Positions 39,276-48,300 of a stretch of 64,000 bases of DNA are shown piece after piece. The notes beneath the pieces were generated by a model. It ran no database searches. It was not told the DNA's origin and saw only the letters and a program-made list of their open reading frames with translations. The position numbers and the translations under genes were made by a program. The stretch is from Amoebophrya sp. A120. Taxonomy: Eukaryota; Protista; Dinoflagellata. The first letter of the stretch is position 1. Each line of letters begins with the position of its first letter. The stretch is from NCBI GenBank assembly GCA_905178155.1, contig CAJINV010000006.1:4285760-4349759 (forward strand), in the 5' to 3' direction.

Positions 39276-40787
39276 ATGTGGAAGATGAATCTCCTTTACA
39301 ACAAATCGCCTCGCATCTTCGTCGCCGGCGTCGTATTATTATTTCTTCACACTGCAGCTCTTCTACAACACCACTCCCACTCCGTGAAGATTTTTGCGGA
39401 TGGGGCCTTGTTGCGCCCGCGGGGGACCAGTGCACCACCTCCCGCGAGGTCTGGAGTTCTTCCACCCCTTCTCGTCGCACCACTTGACGGCGGCCGTCGA
39501 CGCTCTTCACGGAGCGCGGGGCCCACGACCCGTTATTCTCGCATCGAAAAGGACCACGTAGAAATTTCTGCGAAAAAGAATGTCGCAGACAGCAAGGATC
39601 TTCCCCGCCTACAGTTTTTTTCCATGGGCGGAGAAAATGTGGTGAACGCGGTACCTTTCTGGAAATGGCAAAACTGGACGGTGGAAGAACTTTACACCCA
39701 CGTGGAACGAGAGATCAAGCAAGAAGACAACGGGAGGCGTAGGGAACTTCCCTGTAGAAAGGTGGATCTGGTTCCCCAGGTGCTACATCTTGGCGGGGAA
39801 ATCCACCTTATCACGGAGCCCTTAGACCGCCGTTCGGTGGGGTCGGAAAATCGCGGAGAGCGGCGCTTGTCGACAGTTCTGCAAGTAGATGAACTGGTGC
39901 TCAAGAAGGATAATTCTGTGTCTGTCGTGGCAGGAGAAGCGAGTGCAAGTCGAACTTCTGCGACGCAGCGGGAAGGAGCAGACCACGTCGACGCTGCTTT
40001 TAAATCTGACGTGATGTTCCAGGTTCTGTTCCACGCTGCAGGTCGCAAAAAGTCGTTCCCGAACAAATCACGGCTCCGCGAGGCGATTGCGCTCTGGCGG
40101 GAAGACGAGGACTTCGAAGCCAACGGAGCGGCGCGGGAGTGGATTGTGAACGAGTTTGGGCCGGTGGCGGAGTGGAACCTCTGTGACGTCAAGAACCTAT
40201 CCAATTTGTTTAATCCGGCTCTGGTGGGGACCGGGTTCCACTCCTCCTTTCAGATCACGGACTGGTACACCCGGGGCGTCAAGAACATGCACGCTCTCTT
40301 CAGTGGCTGGACCGAGTTCGACCAGGACATTAGGCGGTGGGATGTCCGTGACGTGACCAACATGAGCTTCGTGTTTTCGGGCGCGGCGAATTTTAACCAA
40401 AACCTTGGCAGCTGGGATGTGAGTGCTGTAACGCTTATGAGGAATATGTTTGAGGGGGCGCGTAGGTTCAACCAAGATCTGAGTGGATGGGATGTCAGCG
40501 GGGTAAAAGACTTCTGCTCGATGTTTTACAAAGCCGTGGCTTTCAATCAACCGCTCGACAGCTGGGGGAGCAAGCTGGATAAGATGCCTCAGTCGGTCAA
40601 CATGCAATACATGCTGGCGGAAGCGACGGCGTTCAACCAAAGCTTGAAAAGCTTCGAACCCCGTATGCTCCGCGATCTGAACCAGGTCGCGCACATGCTC
40701 CTTCGCGCAGACAGTTTTCGCTATGGCGTCCTCGACAATTTGAGTTTGCAGCACCTGGACACTTTGGGGCCGATACTCTTACTCTAA
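39276..40787 (+). CDS. Intronless secreted/surface protein with DUF285 (BspA-like, Mycoplasma-type) repeats
   Basis: Hydrophobic N-terminal segment, followed by about 25-aa repeats such as WDVRDVTNMSFVFSGAANFNQNLGSWDVSAVTLMRNMFEGARRFNQDLSGWDVS. Confidence 0.9.
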   Translation: MWKMNLLYNKSPRIFVAGVVLLFLHTAALLQHHSHSVKIFADGALLRPRGTSAPPPARSGVLPPLLVAPLDGGRRRSSRSAGPTTRYSRIEKDHVEISAKKNVADSKDLPRLQFFSMGGENVVNAVPFWKWQNWTVEELYTHVEREIKQEDNGRRRELPCRKVDLVPQVLHLGGEIHLITEPLDRRSVGSENRGERRLSTVLQVDELVLKKDNSVSVVAGEASASRTSATQREGADHVDAAFKSDVMFQVLFHAAGRKKSFPNKSRLREAIALWREDEDFEANGAAREWIVNEFGPVAEWNLCDVKNLSNLFNPALVGTGFHSSFQITDWYTRGVKNMHALFSGWTEFDQDIRRWDVRDVTNMSFVFSGAANFNQNLGSWDVSAVTLMRNMFEGARRFNQDLSGWDVSGVKDFCSMFYKAVAFNQPLDSWGSKLDKMPQSVNMQYMLAEATAFNQSLKSFEPRMLRDLNQVAHMLLRADSFRYGVLDNLSLQHLDTLGPILLL

Positions 40788-42313
40788 AGCACCGGTTGTA
40801 AAAATGAGCGATTGAATTTGAAATAAACCGGTAGTACGACAATGACATGGGTAGTAAATCTTTTCGAAGATTCTTTCTGGACCGATGGACTCAATTAACT
40901 TGTGCGAAGACGAGATCTTCATGTAGTCAGCTTAAGATTTATTTTTAGATAATGCCTGCTGCATATGCATAAGCAATTCGTAATTAATATAGTACTGTAC
41001 AACTGCAATACCTAGACTTGCGCCCGTTCGTGAGCCCGGCCGCCTGCACCGCAGCTGCCTGTCTTTTATTCTACAATAATATGCCCGAACAACCCGAAGG
41101 CGAACAGCATAGATCTTCGCTGTGGCACGGCTACTGAATAGTGTTGGACTAATTCATTTGATAAAGAACTTTTTACTATGTTTTTGGATCGTACATTCTT
41201 GCAACTTCCTTGCGAGTAATCAGATAAGCGGAGAAATTGAAATTCTTTGCAGAAATCAGTATTTTGTGCATGCTTTTATTTTACTCAGCCCCTTTCCGTA
41301 TTTTTCGGAATTGATTTGATTTTAGTCATTTTGAAATTTAGACATCAAGCAAAGCTGATGTGTATCCAAAGCTGAAGAGAACAAGCAGCGCGACCACGTA
41401 GTAAGTCGAAGTTAGAACTTTGAAAAGGAAAAAGCAAGAAGCAAATCCTTGCAAGAAGCATTCTACTCGTGATCATTCCGTGCGAAATGAAAGAGTAGAG
41501 GCATAATTCCTCGTACAACCTATTTGTTCTTCTACAAGATTCGACTACAGCTGCACAGCGGAATAGTACAGCCGGTGTTCTAGTACTCTGAAGACGAGAG
41601 ACGACGCAACAAGTGAAGAGGAATTATGCGACGAGCAGGCTATAGGTGAAAGAACTGAGAGCAGTTGGTGGTCTCCTTTTGCTTGTTCCACGTGGTCAGC
41701 GTTAGTTTTTCACAGCGTTGTGCAGCTTCTGGCTTTCAACGACCACACAAGGAGTCTTCAGTTTGGCACGTATAGGACCTTGACTTCTTTGTGGAGGCAG
41801 CAGATCTCGTTGTACTGCTCGTGGTGCACTGCTCTTTTATAGTTGTTGGCGCTACAACCGCTTCTTACTGTCACTGTCGGTCCGCGACGTGGCAATATCT
41901 GCGCTTCGGCATGAGAAATAAACTGAAGTTCGATTGTTAGATGTAAAGGCTCAACCCTAGTCTGCCACTGTAGCTCTCCTCTACATCTTCAAACGTGTAC
42001 AACAGAAGTCGATAATCCCTATAATTACCGTCAAGTACTATAGATTAGCTGCGTTCTTTCGGAATACGGTGGAAGACCATCTATATTTTATAGCTAAGAC
42101 GACGCGTGTTTAGGTTTACTACAGGCTGCTGGTCACTATGATCACCTAAGAAGCACCGGCGTCAACATTGTTCTGAAAACCCCAAGCAGAGCAGCTGCGG
42201 AGTCACGAGGCGGCGACTCGCAGGACGGCCTGTGCAGCAGCACCGTTGGACAAATAAACGCCGGGAGCTGGTGCTGCGCGCGAAGAGGACTCCGCGTTGA
42301 GGTTTACCAAACG

Positions 42314-45300
42314 ATGGCATCATCGAGGAGCAAGCTTGTCTACTTCCTGTCCGCCGCTTCTGCGGTGGAAGGCTTGTCTGTGTTGCACAAGATCAAGGGG
42401 AAGCACGGTGGGCAGAAAACCCACCTGAAAAATAAAGTCGCAGCACATGAGGATTCATCATCTGCGACGGCAAGTAGAAGTGCGCATGAGCATCACATTG
42501 GTGTCGGTCACAAGAAGAAAAAACACCAGCACCAAAAGAAAAGCGCGAAAAAACCCGTGGACTTGTCAATAACAAAGAACTATCAAATGCAAAAAATGTC
42601 TGGGTCTGGAAGAATGGCAGGCTTGTCATGCAGGTTTTCCATGGTCCATAATGTGTGTAATGCATGAGCTAGCGTCACAGATTTTTCGAGGGCTTTGCGA
42701 TGCCTCTACCGCCTGAGAAATGCCCTCTCCGCGTAGCGCAAACTGGAGCCCTCTTGCTGGTCTTGCAATACAAATTTTTTATAGAATCCAGACACAGCAT
42801 CAAAAGTGTAGAACCTTCCAGACCCAGACATAGTTGCATTTGATAAGAGCCGTCCGGCGGTAGATATTGACCCACGACTGAAGCCCTTGCGACCTCCGCA
42901 GGGTGACAGAACAGCCGATGCTGGCGTGGTCCCGGGAACAAAAGGGATGGAAGGCGGAAAAGTCGTCGGTAAAACCATAAGTTGTTTTTGTTGCAGATGA
43001 CAAATAAAGGATCATAAACTTGTAATGCGATGAAGCAGACAGCAGATATTTTTTTTTTCAGTTCCAACCAATGAGCCCGAACTTTGTCGTGGACCAATAA
43101 AACAAATGAAAATCATTAAGGAAATCAAAAGCAAAAATACGCTACAACAGCCCACTTTCCGCACGCCTACCACCCCGAAGCGCATTCGCACAACGGGATT
43201 CTGCCGGACAGCAGTGCGCCCAAATACACCGGTATCGCACGAAAAAACTGTCTCAGTCTCAAACCCTTGCGGAGTCAGCGTTGCAAATTTGCGAAGCGAG
43301 AAACAACAAGGACAAATCTCTGATGCGTTCAAACAGCAAGAGAAAACACGTACGAGAGACGACTTTCTTGGATCTCCAGCATGAAAAAAAACTTTCTCAA
43401 GGAAGTTGCGCATTACAAGTTGAGACTGAGACAGTTTTTTCTCACGATAACCGCTGACCAGGAGGAGCTAGAGTACGGTGATCCGCAACTGAGTCTATGC
43501 ATTGCAAATGTGTCCTCTGGGCGGTCAGTCTGGAAAGTTGTGATGCTACTGCGCGGATGATGCGTAACCCCCCTTACGGGGCCGACCATGACAAATTTCT
43601 GAGCGAGGACTACGTTTAGCGTAAATCGCATGGCAACTCGCATTTCTGCATGAGAACTACAATATGGTGCTATAGCGCAACACGCATGACAGACTTCTCT
43701 CTCTTTTGTTAGACAAGCATGACAAAGATCATCCAGACCCAGACAGATTTGCATTTGATAGAGTCACAAGCACCGCAATGGCAAGCATAATAGCAAGCAC
43801 GCAAAGCACAAGTCGCAAATCCAGCGGCGGTACACAATCAACAGCAAAACCGGACTAGAGACACACGAGCCAGACCAGTGTGCGGATATCAAGAAGTATG
43901 CAAAGAAAAAAGTTCTACAGTTGCACGTTGCGTTGCAAAACATGCAAGACAAACAACCTCTGTCATGCGCAAGATGCTTGTGAGCCTCGTTTCATGCGTG
44001 TTTTGCCTTCTGATCTCTGCATTTACAAGCTTTCTCTGTGGTCATGCAAGGCAGATTTGTCATGCTGAATCCGCTTGCAACGTGTAAGTATAGCACTTTT
44101 TTCCTTGGATAAGAAGGAGTTCCCAACCGATGAGGAAAAGCACACGACTATCCTGAGTAAAAGAACCGGCGTTATTTCTCATGAGAAGCATTGTCTATAT
44201 TGTAATTACGTTTATCGATTTCTTGCCATGCAGCCCTTGGTAAAAATCCGGGTCAGACAGGAACTACAGCGCTGTAGAAGGTACTGTCATGAGCAACTAC
44301 GACCCTGGCCGCCCCATGACTTGTCTACTACACTTTCCTTCCTGAGGACTCTGGCGTGTGAGCAACAAGAGAGTTCCCGTAGTTTTTTTTACACAGGATA
44401 GCGCCCTGCTGTCTGGAGCATGCGAACCCACTTCTGGCGCATCAGAAAACATTATCAGAGTGCACAACTCCCCCTCTCCCTCATTTGCGTAGCATGAACT
44501 ACGGCAATGTAAGCATCAGCAAGAGTGCCGGTTTTGCATGACAAATTTGCGCTGGAGTGTAGTGCTATTTGGGCTACCAGAACTTGTCATGCATAATAGT
44601 GACAAGAGGGAAGGCGTGGAGTTAATATTTTGCATGAGAAATGAGAACGAGGGGGAGTTGTACACTCTCATAAACATACACGGTCGAGTTGAAGAATTTT
44701 CAGAACGTGCAGTACTTCGGGGACATCGGGATTGGTAGTATGATGTAAAGAACACGCCCCCGGTGGCCCGTATCTCCGAGTGGAGGATAGAAAAGGTCAA
44801 GAAATGAGAAAGAGTTTATTTCGGGTTGCATTTTTGTTGCGTGGTTCTGGGCCCTGTGATGATCCACCACGTGATCATGATGGTTATTTGGTCTCGAAAT
44901 CAGCACCGACGTGGCCATGGAAAAGAATTTCTTAACGCGACCCGCTAGAGGCAATGCATGGCTGTGTGCTACTACTTTATTTTCACCTCTACAGCTGCAC
45001 TCCTCCCACCAGGGTCGTGTTTTTTCCCTCGGATACCCGGCAAAGGCGCGGCTGGCGCTGCGTTTGCCCTGGCTGACCAAACTGGAACTGGCGAGAGTGT
45101 AGCGGAAGGTGACCAAGATGCTGGAATGAGCGCATTACAAGTTTCCTCTTCTTCCAAACAAGAACCAGGAGCGGACAGCACGGCTTTAGCGTCCGCCGGT
45201 GGGGAGATGGCGTACTTTCCGGCGATTTACGACACCGGATCGTTTGAGATCCTGGTTTTGTCTGCGGAGTGCGAACAGTGCAAGGGGCCGGGGTACAATC

Positions 45301-48300
45301 CGCAAGACACACCGCTGTACGACTCGAAAAGCTCGAACACCTTCGCTCTCTTCGCCACAGAGGAGGAAAACAAAGATATCGTACGAAAAAATTGTTTCAC
45401 TGTGGACCTGTGATGCAGAAAATGGAACACAGAAACATTTGTCTTGCTAGACCTGCAAGAAAGTGGATTTTCAAGCGTGTTTTCCCTTGGGAAGCGCGCA
45501 TGACAAATTTTCTGTGTCATGTGTAACAAACTTGTGATGCAGATCTTGCAAAATCATCACAGTGAAACAGTTTTTTCGTGGGATAAAAGAAGCAGAAGAT
45601 GCGATGAAGGCCTGCGAAAAGGAAAAATCCGGGGATGAAGTGTGTGAGTACAGGGTATAAAAGTTGGTTTATGTTCTTGTTCGGAAATTTGTGATGCAGA
45701 AATTATCCACTTGATAGAAGAAGTTTGTCATGCCGTGAGTACCTACCTGAAAAAGCGAAGAAGTCTTTGGAAATAATCCAAATGCGACGAGATAAATCCA
45801 CCTGCAAACATAAGTAACATTATACACAGCGCGTGTCCGCGCAGCACATGTTCGGATCCGGGTATCAAATGTAAAAATGTCTGGGTCTGGAAGAATGCAA
45901 CTTGTGATGCTGCATTTGGATTCCAGAAAAATCTGTATTGCATGAGCATCAAAAGGAATGTAATTTTTGCTACGCGGAGAGGGCATTTGTCATGCGGAAT
46001 AGGCATCAAGAAGCTCTCAAAAAATCTGTGATGCTAGGGCATGCATCACAGACATCAGGGCTCATGCAAAACGTGCATGACAAGTGTCAGAATCTTCCAG
46101 ACCCAGACATTTTTGCAGTTCATACTGGGCCGACGCAGTCCATTCGCGGGTACGAAAACGTGAAAATGGGTCGGGATGAAGATTTATGCTGTGCAAAAGT
46201 ATCGTACTCGTATAAATGCATTACAAATTTCCTCAGCATGAGAACTGGATTTTGTCATGCTGTTTTACCTTAAGGACAAGATTTGTCATGCATAAACGCA
46301 ATTGGTACGAGAACGAGTGCGATACTCTTGCAATTCATAAGATTCGCCGGTTTTGGAATACTTTCCCTTTTGGCAGGTGGTGCAGCATCAGATCGCCGCC
46401 TGGGAATCCGGGGCGAAATTTTCCGCGATTGTCGGTCTGGGACCCCGGGACCACGTGCCGGGAATGAGCGACACTAGTATTGATTTGTTTCTGTTAGTAG
46501 TTTGTCATGCGTTTGCAAATGCAATCATAGTACTCACTTGAATTATGCCGACAGTAGTTCTTGTGAACAACAGTTGCAGTCCTCTACTCTGGTTTTTATG
46601 GAGCGCAAGTTAGTCCCTGTGATGAGTAAAAAGTTAAAAGCGATCCAAAACCGACGTTTCGGAAGCTGCATTGTGCAGAAGGAATGAGTATGGTCTACTA
46701 TGGTTTATGCAGTATGATTAAGAAAGAAGTAGTCTATTCGGGGACTACCTTGCGCTTTATATCTTTCGGAACTTTTGCAATCCACAGATGAAGACTCTAT
46801 GCGAGTGTGAGACAAATCCAGACAAAGCGCGCGCGCTTGCTCGAGGCAATCACTCAGAGGCTTTTTTCTGGAACTGCGGGCCGCCAAGCTGCAGACGCAG
46901 GTCTCTTGTCATTTTCCCGGGCGCTTCGTGCTCTCGCCCATGCCGGCCAACCCCCGCCATGACTCTGCGAACGGAACCCAGCAGGAGCCGCCAGAGTCTC
47001 TGTGAGGGTGGGGGCGCCGGCCTTGGGTACTTTCTGCAGCAAAGCATACGCCGCGGCCTTTTTTTTCAACTCGGAGTCGCCAAAGTACAGGGAAAAGCCT
47101 TTTTTGTTGTTCAAAAAAGCAGAATGTGGCGCAAAAGAGACAGCCGAGCTCGGGAATAGAGGGAGCGGGATGATGGCGGCGCGCTGTTGGCGCGCCTCTT
47201 TCTCGTCGCCCTGAGTCTGCGCGCGCCTTGTTACACGTCCCTTGTGCTTGCCCAAGGCGGTACGGTGCCGCGCGCAGCCGCAGGCAGTTCGTGTGCCCCC
47301 CTTCTTACCTTCTTCTCTCTCCGTTGTCCAGTTCGAACCCCTCCAGGGGAAAGAAGCTTACTTTTCTCGTCAGTTCGAACCCCGCCAGGGGAAAGAAGCT
47401 TACTTTTCTCGTCAGTTCGAACCCCTCCAGGGGAAAGAAGCTTAGTTTCCCACTCAGTTCGTTCTCTCTTTATTCATCTTCTCTGTTTTCAGTTCGTTGT
47501 TCGTTTACTAAAGTTGTAAAACTCGAAAACTAGAACCACATATCTTTCGGAACTTTTGCAATCCACAGATGAAGACTCTATGCGAGTGTGAAGATGGCTT
47601 GGTGGGAAGATGGCTGATGCGCGGCTCTTACAGTGCAAAGAGTTCGCGTGCTTCAGCTGTTTTTCAGGCTATCTTCGGGTGGTGGTTTGAAGAAGTGGAT
47701 TTGCCTTTTTACATTTGGAGCGCCAATGCTGGCGTCTCAGACAGGTCGCAGCGCGATGTGCTGCGTCCGCTAGATCACGACATACCCGCGGGAACTTCCC
47801 GGAACTTAGTCACGATTGGGAGCAAGACCCCGCAGCGCCGCCCGGGTTCCGGGCTCCACCGCGGGGCCCTACCCCGGCGCGTTTCCCACGTGCTCGCTAC
47901 CTAGCTACAACACAGCCCCGCGCGCCTGGATCTCTGCACCGACAGAGCCAGGCTGCCCCGTTGAGTCACATTTGGGGAAGATGTTCGGCGGGCCATGTCG
48001 TGTTCCACGGCTTGGCCCACCTTCACGTCCGGGGCGTGGCTCTGTGGGGTTTGAGAGCTTGGCTTGCGCGGCTTGCTACTTGTAGCTTGCTGTGCCGGCC
48101 GGGTTCTCTTCTTGCTGGCCAGTGTGACCGTCGCAGGGCGTCCCGCGACGAGGACTGCAGCGCGCGTCAGCACTGCCTTCGATTATCATCGTTTCCGCGC
48201 GCTTTCGCTCGTTGGGTGAATTGCGCTAGGAATGTGAATTTATATGTCGTGCGTAGCAGTTATATCAATTTACATGATCAAGCAAGAGGGTTGCACACTC

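Noticed and set aside
47700-47715. U5 snRNA loop I sequence GCCTTTTAC
   Set aside because: No closing stem or Sm site context; a chance 9-mer.
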